Assembly (NCBI GenBank): GCA_031431875.1
Contig: JANPEF010000088.1
Coordinates: forward strand, 1-48,569
Reading direction: 5' to 3'
Source of the DNA: Candidatus Eiseniibacteriota bacterium
Lineage (GTDB): Bacteria; Eisenbacteria; RBG-16-71-46; DASYSL01
Length of the DNA stretch: 48,569 nucleotides
Shown here in pieces: positions 1-8,688 of the stretch. Within the stretch, counting starts at the first letter, position 1, and every line of letters begins with the position of its first letter. The translations under genes were made by a program, and so were the position numbers. The notes beneath the pieces are model-generated. The model searched no databases. It had not been told where the DNA came from and saw only the letters and a program-made list of their open reading frames with translations.

Positions 1-192
1 GCCGAGCCCGGCGAGCGCGAGCCCCAGCGCCCCCGCGCAGGGAACAAGCAGCAGCCGCAGGTCGGCACACGCGGCACCCGTCGGCCAACCGAGGCCGGCG
101 GCGGCGAAGGCGAGCAGCGCGGCCGCCGGCGCGGTGGCGACTCCGGCGGCGCCGGGCCGCGCCGGGTTGTGCAGCGCAGGCGGGACGATCAT
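1..192 (-). CDS. 5' part of a probable membrane protein running off the left window edge (possibly ComEC-like N-terminus; product uncertain)
   Basis: ATG at 192-190 opens a frame with no stop to position 1: MIVPPALHNPARPGAAGVATAPAAALLAFAAAGLGWPTGAACADLRLLLVPCAGALGLALAGLG, with hydrophobic segments. Only 64 codons are visible. Confidence 0.35.
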   Translation of the reverse strand, partial: MIVPPALHNPARPGAAGVATAPAAALLAFAAAGLGWPTGAACADLRLLLVPCAGALGLALAGLG

Positions 193-249
193 GCAGCCCA
201 CAAGTGCAAGCGGCGGGCCGCTCCGCCATCCTCCGCTGCCACAACGCGA

Positions 250-277
250 ACGGCCCGGAGCGCATGCCCCGGGCCGT
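250..277 (-). terminator. GC-rich hairpin downstream of the PEGA gene
   Basis: Inverted repeat ACGGCCCGG (250-258) / CCGGGCCGT (269-277), about 30 nt past the stop at 308. The U-tract is weak. Confidence 0.4.
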
Positions 278-307
278 CCACTTCGGTTGACCTCTGACGC
301 TTCGGGT

Positions 308-2116
308 TTACGGACGCACGGGTGTCTCGGTCACTTCGGAGAAGTACTCCTCGCCTTCGCGCGTCGCGATCTCCACGTAACTCGCGACCGTCTTCCCGGC
401 GACGAGTCCGGCGGTCGGCCACGCCAGCGTACCGGTCGTCCGCACGCCGTCGGCGGCGAGGACCAGGTCGTGAGACGTCCACTCCTTCGCCCCGGCGGGA
501 CGCTGGAACAACCGCATGCGACGCACGGGCAGCGGCACGCCGGCGGCGAGGCCCGCCGTGAGCGTGGGCGGCGCGGCGAGCGAGATCGCCTTCGGGACGG
601 CAAGGGTGACGCGTGGCTCGGCTTCGCGACCAAACGTGCTGTTGGCGAAGTAACGGCCGCCCGGCTGGACGTCGACATGATGCACCGGCCCCTGTTCGGC
701 GCCGGCGACGATGCGGACCGAGTGCGGGCCCGGCGTCAGCTTGAGGTCGAGCGGCGTGTTGCCCGCCGCGCGCCCGTCGAGGTAGACGGCCGCGCCATCG
801 ACGTCCTCGACGCCGTTCGACGTCACGCGCTCGGCCCGCGCGGTGACCATCCCGAAGTCGGGGACGCGCTCGGGCTCGGCGGTGAGCCGCGTCGACTGCC
901 CTGCCTTCACCTTGACCTCTTCCTCCCAGGGTCGCAGCCCCTCGCCCTGGAACGACAGGCGGTGGCGGCCGACGGGAACGTCGTCGCGCCACAGCGGGAC
1001 GGTGCCCCATGGCTTCCCGTCGAACGCGACAAGCAGCTTCGCCGCGGTGTCCGCGCTGGCGATGGCCAGCGATCCGGTCCACGCCACGGACTTCTCGACA
1101 CGTCCGGCGCGCTCGCCGTCGACGGTGAACACCGCGTTCGCGTACTCGCCGAAGGTGAGCTCGACGCGATGCTCCCCGGGCTCGAGCGGCAACGTCAGCG
1201 GCGTGCGGCCGGCCACGCTCTCGCCGTCGATGCGCACTGTCGCGCCCGCGGGCTGCGTGGACAGGACCAGGTCGTAGCGGCCGACGACCGCGCGCATCAA
1301 AGGCTCACGCTGCAGGACGAGCGCGCCCGCGACGGCGAGGACGGCGAGCCCGGCGGCCGCCACGTAGACGCGCCGCGGGACGACGAGGCGCGGACGGCTC
1401 GGCGCGGGCGACGCGACGCCGACGGCCCGCGGACGGCGCGAGGCCGGCGCGGACATCGACGCGAGCGGGATCGGCGACGAGGAGTCCGCGGCGGCCTCCT
1501 CGCGCAACTCGGCGAGCACCGAGACCAACGGCGGACGATGATGGATGGCGAGCGCACCGACCGGGCCGGCACACTCGATCCGCCACACTTCCTTCGCGTC
1601 GGCCTCGCCCCACTCGAGTCCCGCCACGCCCACGGCGTGCCAGTGCACACGACCCGGTGCGCCGGTCAACTGCTCGAGCGTCGCCTCGACGCCCGCCCGG
1701 AACGCCCACAGGCGACCAGCTTCGAGGCAGAGACCGACGACAGCGACCTGCGGATCGTCGCTGCCCATCGACCACAGGTGCGTGCGGAGGAAATCGAAGC
1801 CGTTGAGAAACTGCTGCACCGCCGAAGGAGGCCCTGCCCCGAAGCCGGGCTCGAAGGCTGCAACCGCCTCATCGGACTCAGCAGACTTCCGGGCAGCGAA
1901 AGCGGCCAACTCGAGGTCGCCCAGGGCGGCCGTCAGCTCGTCGCTCTCGATCTCGCCGCCCAGGACCCAGGCGTGGCAGAATTCCGACCGGTACTCGGCC
2001 ACCCCGGAGATGGGGCGACCACTCAAGGCAAGACGGTCCGAGGATGGCCGTCCCGTACGGTTCTCCGCCGTCGGGCGACCTTCGTCAGATCCTGAGATCG
2101 GGCTCGAAGAGTTCAC
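308..2116 (-). CDS. PEGA-repeat single-pass membrane protein
   Basis: PEGA-type repeats (STQPAGATVRIDG..GRTPL..LEPGEHRV; AAVYLDGRAAGNTPLDLKLTPGPHSVRI) follow a TM helix (VYVAAAGLAVLAVAGALVL). GTG start at 2116 chosen for its AAAGGA RBS; the ORF extends to 2272. Confidence 0.8.
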   Translation of the reverse strand: MNSSSPISGSDEGRPTAENRTGRPSSDRLALSGRPISGVAEYRSEFCHAWVLGGEIESDELTAALGDLELAAFAARKSAESDEAVAAFEPGFGAGPPSAVQQFLNGFDFLRTHLWSMGSDDPQVAVVGLCLEAGRLWAFRAGVEATLEQLTGAPGRVHWHAVGVAGLEWGEADAKEVWRIECAGPVGALAIHHRPPLVSVLAELREEAAADSSSPIPLASMSAPASRRPRAVGVASPAPSRPRLVVPRRVYVAAAGLAVLAVAGALVLQREPLMRAVVGRYDLVLSTQPAGATVRIDGESVAGRTPLTLPLEPGEHRVELTFGEYANAVFTVDGERAGRVEKSVAWTGSLAIASADTAAKLLVAFDGKPWGTVPLWRDDVPVGRHRLSFQGEGLRPWEEEVKVKAGQSTRLTAEPERVPDFGMVTARAERVTSNGVEDVDGAAVYLDGRAAGNTPLDLKLTPGPHSVRIVAGAEQGPVHHVDVQPGGRYFANSTFGREAEPRVTLAVPKAISLAAPPTLTAGLAAGVPLPVRRMRLFQRPAGAKEWTSHDLVLAADGVRTTGTLAWPTAGLVAGKTVASYVEIATREGEEYFSEVTETPVRP

Positions 2117-2360
2117 GGCAAGTCCTTTGCGCAACGGTCGTTGGCCTCGTGCCTGCGAAAGGAAACCTCCCTTTGCGGCATGCATCGTGCTTGTCTTTCT
2201 GCCCGATGTCGCCGGGCCCGCCTTGGATGGATCCATCGGGGGTCGGCGCCGGACACCGGGGCTTCCTTGCAAAACGCAAGCCGGGTTCGTAGACTTCCAT
2301 CAGGTTTCTGCGTTTCCGCCCGTGGAACGCAGGATGGGTGGACCCAAGGGAGGAAAACGG

Positions 2361-4076
2361 ATGACGAACCGGACACCCCGGAGCGCCTTCGTTGCACTCG
2401 GAGCAGCCGTGCTGCTGCTCACCGTGCTCGCCCCCGCTGCCCGCCCTGTCGCGGCCGCCACGAAGGCCCGCGCCAAGGCACGCCCCACCCAATCCGCCCA
2501 CGATGCCGGCAAGGTTCTCCTCGCCGCGCGCAAGGATGTCGCCGCGGCCCAGGGCCACTGCGCCGCCCATCGCGACGAGCCGGCCGCCGTCCTCCTCGAG
2601 AAGACCGAACGCAGCGTCGACCTCGCGCTCGCCACGAAGCCGGAGAAGCGGATTCGCGACGGGCTCAAGGCCGTGCAGAAGGACGTGGCCCGGCTCGACA
2701 AGCAGGTGACCGCGCGCCGCGTCGCGGCGCTCGCCGCGCTGCCGCCCGGACACCCGCTCATCGGTCCGGCGGATCCGGCCGAGGTCGTCGCCGACTCCAT
2801 CGCTTTCGCCGCCCTGCCGCCGACCGAGGTCGCTCCCGCGTTCGAACTGCCGCTGCCCGGCGATGAGGACGATCCGGCCTACGCCCTGCCCGCCCTCGAC
2901 GACGACGCGATCGCGGTCGAGGAGCATCCGCTGGTCGACAAGTGGCTCGACTACTTCACCGGCCGCGGACGCCCGACGTTCGAGCGCTGGCTGGAACGCT
3001 CCGGCCAGTATGTGGACGCGATGAAGCTGATCCTCGAGAAGGAGGGCGTCCCCACCGACCTCGTGCATCTCGTCTTCGTCGAGAGCGGCTTCAACCCCCA
3101 GGCGCGCTCGGTGGCCTCGGCCGTCGGCCCCTGGCAGTTCATCCGCGGAACGGCGAACATCTTCGGCCTCAGGGTGAACTCGTGGGTCGACGAGCGAAAG
3201 GATCCCGAGGCCTCGACGATCGCCGCCGCGCGCTATCTCAAGCACCTGTACGGGCTGTTCAACTCGTGGCCGCTGGCGCTCGCCTCGTACAATGCGGGCG
3301 AGGGCGCGGTGGGCCGGGCGATCAAGCGTCAGGGCACGCGCGACTTCTGGGCGCTGCGGCTGCCCGAGGAGACGCGGAACTACGTGCCGAAGTTCATGGC
3401 CGTGCTCGCCATCTCGCGCGATCCCTCGCGCTACGGCTTCGACCAGGTGGCGGTCGCCGCGCCACTGGCGTTCGACGAGGTGTCGTTGCCGGGCCCGGTC
3501 GACCTGCGGGCGCTCGCCGCCGCGTGCGAGACCGATCTCGACGTGATCAAGCACCTGAACCCGCAGTTCCTGCGCCACGCCGCGCCGCCCCGGGGCGACG
3601 CCGTCATGGTGCGCGTCCCCGACGGGGCCGGCGAGCGCCTGATGGCGAGCCTGGCCGCGGGCACGCTCGAGTTGCCGAAGGTCGCCGTGCCGGCCGACCC
3701 GCTGGTGCTGCGTCACAAGGTGCGCCGCGGCGAGAGCCTGAAGGGCCTGGGGCTGCGCTACGGCGTCTCCCCCGCGACCATTGCGAAGAAGAACCGGATG
3801 AGCAAGTCGGCGCGCCTGCGGGTCGGCCGCACGCTGCTCATCCCGCAGGCCGACGTCGCGATGCGCGAGGCGCGACCGGCCGGCACGAAGACGGCCGCGA
3901 GCGCAAGCGGCGCGGCGAAGTCGACGCAGACGGTCAAGGTGCGCAAGGGCCAGACGCTGAGCGAGATCGCCGTCGCGCACGGGGTCACCGTGGCGGCGTT
4001 GCGCGAGGCGAATGGATTGTCGAAGTCGCAGTCGTTGCAGGCCGGGCAGCGCCTCAGGATTCCGCGCGCCGGCTAG
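2361..4076 (+). CDS. mltD: Lytic murein transglycosylase with LysM domains (MltD-like)
   Basis: GGAGG RBS before ATG 2361; signal peptide; SLT motifs VESGFN, AVGPWQFI, YNAGEG, PEETRNYVPK; C-terminal LysM repeats (HKVRRGESL, KVRKGQTLSEIA). Confidence 0.9.
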   Translation: MTNRTPRSAFVALGAAVLLLTVLAPAARPVAAATKARAKARPTQSAHDAGKVLLAARKDVAAAQGHCAAHRDEPAAVLLEKTERSVDLALATKPEKRIRDGLKAVQKDVARLDKQVTARRVAALAALPPGHPLIGPADPAEVVADSIAFAALPPTEVAPAFELPLPGDEDDPAYALPALDDDAIAVEEHPLVDKWLDYFTGRGRPTFERWLERSGQYVDAMKLILEKEGVPTDLVHLVFVESGFNPQARSVASAVGPWQFIRGTANIFGLRVNSWVDERKDPEASTIAAARYLKHLYGLFNSWPLALASYNAGEGAVGRAIKRQGTRDFWALRLPEETRNYVPKFMAVLAISRDPSRYGFDQVAVAAPLAFDEVSLPGPVDLRALAAACETDLDVIKHLNPQFLRHAAPPRGDAVMVRVPDGAGERLMASLAAGTLELPKVAVPADPLVLRHKVRRGESLKGLGLRYGVSPATIAKKNRMSKSARLRVGRTLLIPQADVAMREARPAGTKTAASASGAAKSTQTVKVRKGQTLSEIAVAHGVTVAALREANGLSKSQSLQAGQRLRIPRAG

Positions 4077-5409
4077 CCGCAGCCTCCGGCGCGATCTCGG
4101 CGCCGTGCGAGACCGATGCGCCCGGGGGGGACGCGACATGCGCCCCGTCGGGCGTTTCGCTTGCGTAGCAGGCGTCGGTGGCCTCGGGATCGATGCGCAC
4201 GTTGCGCCCGACGACGCGCCCGGGCGGCACCGTGGCGCGCGTGCCCAGCAGCGTGAGCCCGCTCGAGAGGTGCTCGGGGCAGAGCCGGTTCGGCGCCGGT
4301 GCCTCACCCGGCTCGACCGCGCCGCCGACGCGGGCGCCCTCCCCGATGTCGACGCCCTTGTCCGCGATCACGCGTGTCAGCACCGCATCGCGTCCGACGT
4401 GCACCCCCGGGAACAGGATCGAGTCGATCACCCTTGCGCCGGCCTCGATGACGACGCCGGGGAACAGGATCGAGCGCTCGACCTGGCCCTCGACGCGCGC
4501 ACCGTTGGCCGCGAGGCTGGTCCGCAGCCGCGCGTGGGCGCCGATGCGGACCGGCGGCAGGTCGTGGCTCACCGTGTGCACGATCCACTCGGGATCGGCC
4601 AGTTCGATCGGCGGCCGCGGCGCCAGCAGCTCCATGTTCGCGCGATAGAACGAGTCGAGCGTGCCGACGTCCTGCCAGTACTGCGGGAACAGGTGCGCAT
4701 ACACCTCGATGCCGCGGGCGAGGAAGCGCGGGAACAGGTCCTTGCCGAAGTCGTGCGAGCTGTGCGGATCGTCGGCGTCCTCGGCGAGCGCCATCTCGAG
4801 CACTTCGCGGCGGAACAGGTAGACGCCCATCGAGGCGAACGTCGAGCGCGCCTCCCCCGGCCCCGGCTTCTCCTGGAACCCGGTGATGCGCCCGCGCGAG
4901 TCGAACTCGACGATGCCGAACTGGTCGGTGTGCTCGATTGGCACCGTCGTCACCGCCAGCGTCACCGCCGCACGACGGTCGCGGTGGAACTCGTACATGG
5001 GGCCGTAGTCCATCTTGTACACGTGGTCGCCCGAGAGGACGAGGATGTCCTCGGCGCGCTTGCGCCGCACGTGGACCAGGTTCTGGTACACGGCATCGGC
5101 GGTGCCACGGTACCAGTCGTTCTCCTCGCTGCCCTGGAACGGCTGCAGGATCTGCACACCGCCGCGGTTGCGATCGAGATCCCACGGGCGGCCGCTGCCG
5201 ATGTGGTCGCGCAGCGAGCCGGGCTTGTACTGGGTGAGCACGCCGACGTCGAAGATGCCCGAGTTGACGCAGTTCGACAGCGTGAAGTCGATGATGCGGT
5301 ACTTGCCGCCGAACGGGACGGCCGGCTTGGCCCGCTTCTCCGACAGCAGGCACAGCCGCGAGCCGAGGCCGCCGGCGAGCAGGAACGCGTAACGCGCCGA
5401 GGGATTCAT
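4054..5409 (-). CDS. glgC: Glucose-1-phosphate adenylyltransferase (ADP-glucose pyrophosphorylase), catalytic type
   Basis: [57 protein letters not shown] and C-terminal hexapeptide repeats. ATG overlaps the upstream stop (ATGA); the 3' end overlaps mltD by 23 nt. Confidence 0.93.
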   Translation of the reverse strand: MNPSARYAFLLAGGLGSRLCLLSEKRAKPAVPFGGKYRIIDFTLSNCVNSGIFDVGVLTQYKPGSLRDHIGSGRPWDLDRNRGGVQILQPFQGSEENDWYRGTADAVYQNLVHVRRKRAEDILVLSGDHVYKMDYGPMYEFHRDRRAAVTLAVTTVPIEHTDQFGIVEFDSRGRITGFQEKPGPGEARSTFASMGVYLFRREVLEMALAEDADDPHSSHDFGKDLFPRFLARGIEVYAHLFPQYWQDVGTLDSFYRANMELLAPRPPIELADPEWIVHTVSHDLPPVRIGAHARLRTSLAANGARVEGQVERSILFPGVVIEAGARVIDSILFPGVHVGRDAVLTRVIADKGVDIGEGARVGGAVEPGEAPAPNRLCPEHLSSGLTLLGTRATVPPGRVVGRNVRIDPEATDACYASETPDGAHVASPPGASVSHGAEIAPEAAASRRAES

Positions 5410-6638
5410 CGCGGCCACTCCCCGTGGACCTTCTTGGGCGACGCCTCGGGCGGCAGCCCACGACCTCTCCCGCCCCCGACCGGCACGGACGACCCCGGCG
5501 CGATGGTCGCCCCCGCGGGGATCACCGCTTCCTTGCCCACGGCGACGAGGCCGGACGCATCGTCGACGTCGCCCGCCGCGCCAACCGTGGCGCCCTCGCC
5601 GACGATCGCGTCCTTGTCGAGCACGGCGCGGGCGACGTGCGCCCCGCGCCCCACCCACGCGTCGTGGAAGACGATCGCGTCCTCGATCACGGCGTCGCGT
5701 TCGATCCACGCGCCCGGGAACACGATCGAGCGGCGCACCGTGCCGTCGACGCGCGCCCCGGCGGCGACCAGGCTGCGGCTCACCTCGGCCTGCTCGCCGA
5801 ACTGCGCGGGCGGGCGCTCCTCGTTGCGCGTCAGCACGGTCCAGCGCGGATCGTCGAGGCGCAGCGCGGGGCGATCGGACAGGAGGTCGCGGCTCGCGCG
5901 GTAGTACGTCGAGAGCTCGCCCACGTCCTCCCACGCGCCCGCGAAGCGGAAGGCCTGCACGCGCTCCCCCGCCTCGAGCGCGGGCAGCAGCAGGTCGTAG
6001 ACGAGGTCGGGACCGCGCAGCTCGGCCAGCGCGCGGATGAGGAAGCCCGCGTCGAAGACGTAGAGCCCCATCGAGGCCCAGCGCAGGTCGGTCGGGCCGG
6101 GCTTCTCGAGAAAGCGGCGCACGCGGTCCTGCTCGTCGATCTCGACCATGCCGAAGCGGTGCCCGCGCTCGGGCGCGACGGGCGCGACCGCGATGGTGAC
6201 CCGCGCGCCCGACTCCTCGTGCTTCTGCACGAGCTGGCCGTAGTCCATGAGCACGACGTGGTCGCCCGAGGCGACGACCACGTGCTGGACCTGGGCGTCC
6301 TCGATCGAGTTCAGGTTCTGGGCGAGCGCATCGGCGGTGCCGCGGTACCACAGCGAGCGCTCGCGGCGGACGAACGGCTGCAGGATCTGCACGCCGCCGC
6401 CCAGGCGGTCGAGGTCCCACGGCCGGCCGGCGCCGATGTGCTCGACGAGCGAGGTGGGCTGGTGCTGGGTGAGGAGCGCGACCTTGAAGATCTCGGAATG
6501 GACGCAGTTCGAAAGCGTGAAGTCGATCACACGGTACTTGCCGCCGAACGGCAGCGCGGGCGCTGCCCGCGGCATCGAGAGCACCCCGAGCCCCTCGCCG
6601 CGGCCCCCGGCCAGCACCATCGCCATGACGCGCCGCAC
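5406..6638 (-). CDS. GlgC paralog with degenerate catalytic loop (GlgD-like, probably regulatory subunit)
   Basis: Same fold motifs as glgC ([33 protein letters not shown]), but LAGGRGEGL and RAAP replace LAGGxGSRL and RAKP. GGGAGG RBS before GTG. Confidence 0.85.
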   Translation of the reverse strand: MRRVMAMVLAGGRGEGLGVLSMPRAAPALPFGGKYRVIDFTLSNCVHSEIFKVALLTQHQPTSLVEHIGAGRPWDLDRLGGGVQILQPFVRRERSLWYRGTADALAQNLNSIEDAQVQHVVVASGDHVVLMDYGQLVQKHEESGARVTIAVAPVAPERGHRFGMVEIDEQDRVRRFLEKPGPTDLRWASMGLYVFDAGFLIRALAELRGPDLVYDLLLPALEAGERVQAFRFAGAWEDVGELSTYYRASRDLLSDRPALRLDDPRWTVLTRNEERPPAQFGEQAEVSRSLVAAGARVDGTVRRSIVFPGAWIERDAVIEDAIVFHDAWVGRGAHVARAVLDKDAIVGEGATVGAAGDVDDASGLVAVGKEAVIPAGATIAPGSSVPVGGGRGRGLPPEASPKKVHGEWPR

Positions 6639-6689
6639 CCGAACCTCCCTGTCGTCCGGCGCGGGAAGCGCGCGGCCATGATCATCTTC

Positions 6690-7796
6690 TTACCAGTCGA
6701 ACGAGCCCGACACCCGGTGGGCGACTCCCTGGTTCTCGTCGGCCGCGAAGTCGACGTCGCTGCCGAACTGGCGATTGAAGATCGCCGCGTAGTCGATGCC
6801 CAGTCCCTTGCGACGGAAGCCGGCGCCGAACGTGAGGTCGCGACCGCTCACGCCGGAGCGCAGCGCAAGCGCGTCGTGGTACCAGTACTCGGCCCCGACG
6901 TGAATCTCCCCCGCCATCCCGTCGCCGCCGAAGTTGGAGTCGATGCGCTCGGACTCGAGGTCGAGCCGCACGTCGGCCGCGCCGGTGATCACGTGGCGCG
7001 TGCCCATGTGCTGCGTGTACTGGCCGCCGAACGACAGCGACGGCGCGATGCTCTCGCTGGTACCGGTGTCCCACGACATGAACGTGGTCGTCAGGTCGCG
7101 CGCCATGAACGCCAGCGTCGCGTTCGGCGCCACGGCGTAGGTCAGCCCGGCGTCGAGCCCGGCGCCCCATGCCGAGTGTCCGACGAGCGTGCGGTAGAGC
7201 ACCTTGAGCGAGCCGCCGAGGGTGAACTTCGGCGAGAGGTTCCGGCCGTAGGAGAACAACCCGGCGAAGTCGTTGCTCGACTTGTACTCGAAGTCGGCAT
7301 CGGAGAGGAAGAGCCGCTCCCCGACGTCCCACACACCGTTACCCTCGGTCGGCAGGTTGGTCGAGGGGTTGCCGTCGCCGTCCTCGAAGTCGACGCCGGG
7401 CACAAGCTGGTCGACGGTGCGCAGTGACACCGGGATGTCATCGACGCCCAGGCGGATGAGCGAGATCCCGAGGGCCGAGCGCTTGCCCGGCTCTCCGCCC
7501 TGCGGCAGGACGAGCCCCAGGAAGTCGTAGGCCACCTGGGAGTGCTGCTCCTCGGAGTGCATGTACTGCAGGCTCTTGCGCTCGAGGTACACCAGTCCAG
7601 CGGGGTTCCAGTAGCCTGCCGTGGCGTCGTCGGCGACGGCCAGGAAGGCACCCCCCATGCCGACCGCGCGGGCACCCGCGCCGACGCGAAGGAACTCGCC
7701 GGCGTACTTGTCCGTGGCGGCCGCCGGGAGGGCGGGGAGGGCGAACGCGATGACGAGCGGGAGCACGAGGGCTCGCGCCCCGAAACGATGCGGCAT
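6690..7796 (-). CDS. PorV/PorQ-family (FadL-like) outer-membrane beta-barrel
   Basis: Signal peptide, then FLRVGAGARAVGMGGAFLAVADDATAGYWNPAGL (family signature); GAEYWY..LALRSG; C-terminal aromatic strand HRVSGSFDW. GGAG RBS before ATG 7796. Confidence 0.82.
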   Translation of the reverse strand: MPHRFGARALVLPLVIAFALPALPAAATDKYAGEFLRVGAGARAVGMGGAFLAVADDATAGYWNPAGLVYLERKSLQYMHSEEQHSQVAYDFLGLVLPQGGEPGKRSALGISLIRLGVDDIPVSLRTVDQLVPGVDFEDGDGNPSTNLPTEGNGVWDVGERLFLSDADFEYKSSNDFAGLFSYGRNLSPKFTLGGSLKVLYRTLVGHSAWGAGLDAGLTYAVAPNATLAFMARDLTTTFMSWDTGTSESIAPSLSFGGQYTQHMGTRHVITGAADVRLDLESERIDSNFGGDGMAGEIHVGAEYWYHDALALRSGVSGRDLTFGAGFRRKGLGIDYAAIFNRQFGSDVDFAADENQGVAHRVSGSFDW

Positions 7797-7852
7797 GCGG
7801 CTTCTCCCCGAGGGCCTGGGACGGGTCCGAAGGAACGCTTCCACGTCCCGCA

Positions 7853-7882
7853 ACTGTAATGGAGGTGTGCGCGGGCCGTCAA
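7853..7882 (-). promoter_or_regulatory. sigma70-type promoter of the PorV-like gene
   Basis: TTGACG (7882-7877), 18-nt spacer, TACAGT (7858-7853), in the rluB-porV intergenic region. Confidence 0.55.
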
Positions 7883-7899
7883 CGAACGCAGGCGACGAG

Positions 7900-8688
7900 C
7901 TACCGGGGGGTCCTACCCCGCGGCGGCCCCGCAGGGTCCCGGGTCGCGGCCCTGAGGGCGCGAATCTCTTCCCGGGTCAGCGGGCGCGTCTTCCCCATCG
8001 CCAGCCCGGCGAGCCCCAGCGGGCCGAAAGCCACCCGCTCGAGCGCCGTGAGCCAGAGGTCCACGGCCTTGCACATGCGACGGACCTGGCGATTCTTGCC
8101 CTCGGCGATGACCAGCCGCAGGATGGTTCTGTCGGGCCCCCGCTCGATGATCGCAACATCCTTCGCCGGGCGCGTCCACTCGCCCTCACCGAGGTCGACC
8201 CCGTCGCGCAGCGCGGCGAGCTGGGCCGCGTTCGGCGCGCGCTCGAGCGTGAGGAGGTAGGTCTTGGGGACCTCGTAACGCGGGTGCGCGAGGCGATGCG
8301 TGAGGTCGCCGTCGTTGGTGAGCACGAGCAATCCGGACGTGTCGGAGTCGAGCCGCCCGACGGAGAACATCCGTGGCAGTCCCGGCGGAACGTAGTCCTT
8401 GACCGTCGGGCGTCCCTGCGGGTCGCTCCACGTGACGAGCACGCCGAGCGGCTTGTGCAGGAGCAGGTAGTGAAACGCGGGCGCCGCCGGGAGCGGCTGC
8501 CCGCGAAACGTGATGGAATGCCGCGCCGGGTCGAGCACGAGCCCGGGCGTGTCGACCAGCGCGCCGTCGACCGTGACCTCGCCGTCGAGGATCGCCTGGT
8601 CGCAGCGACGACGGGCGACGCCCACGCGCTCGGCGAGGAGCTTGTTGAGGCGGATGCCGCCGGGCTCGGCGCCGTCGGCGAGCGTCAC
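7900..8688 (-). CDS. rluB: RsuA/RluB-family rRNA pseudouridine synthase
   Basis: S4 domain (IRLNKLLAE..RRRCDQAI), HKPLGV, GRLDSDTSGLLVLTNDG, EGKNRQVRRM. GTG start overlaps the upstream TGA (GTGA at 8688-8685). Lies downstream of scpAB as is typical for rluB. Confidence 0.85.
   Translation of the reverse strand: MTLADGAEPGGIRLNKLLAERVGVARRRCDQAILDGEVTVDGALVDTPGLVLDPARHSITFRGQPLPAAPAFHYLLLHKPLGVLVTWSDPQGRPTVKDYVPPGLPRMFSVGRLDSDTSGLLVLTNDGDLTHRLAHPRYEVPKTYLLTLERAPNAAQLAALRDGVDLGEGEWTRPAKDVAIIERGPDRTILRLVIAEGKNRQVRRMCKAVDLWLTALERVAFGPLGLAGLAMGKTRPLTREEIRALRAATRDPAGPPRGRTPR

Noticed and set aside
4054..6420. 788-aa ORF suggesting a fused or frameshifted double glgC
   Set aside because: The first ~337 aa are an off-frame read of the upstream paralog. 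Both genes have their own starts and an ordinary ATGA overlap.
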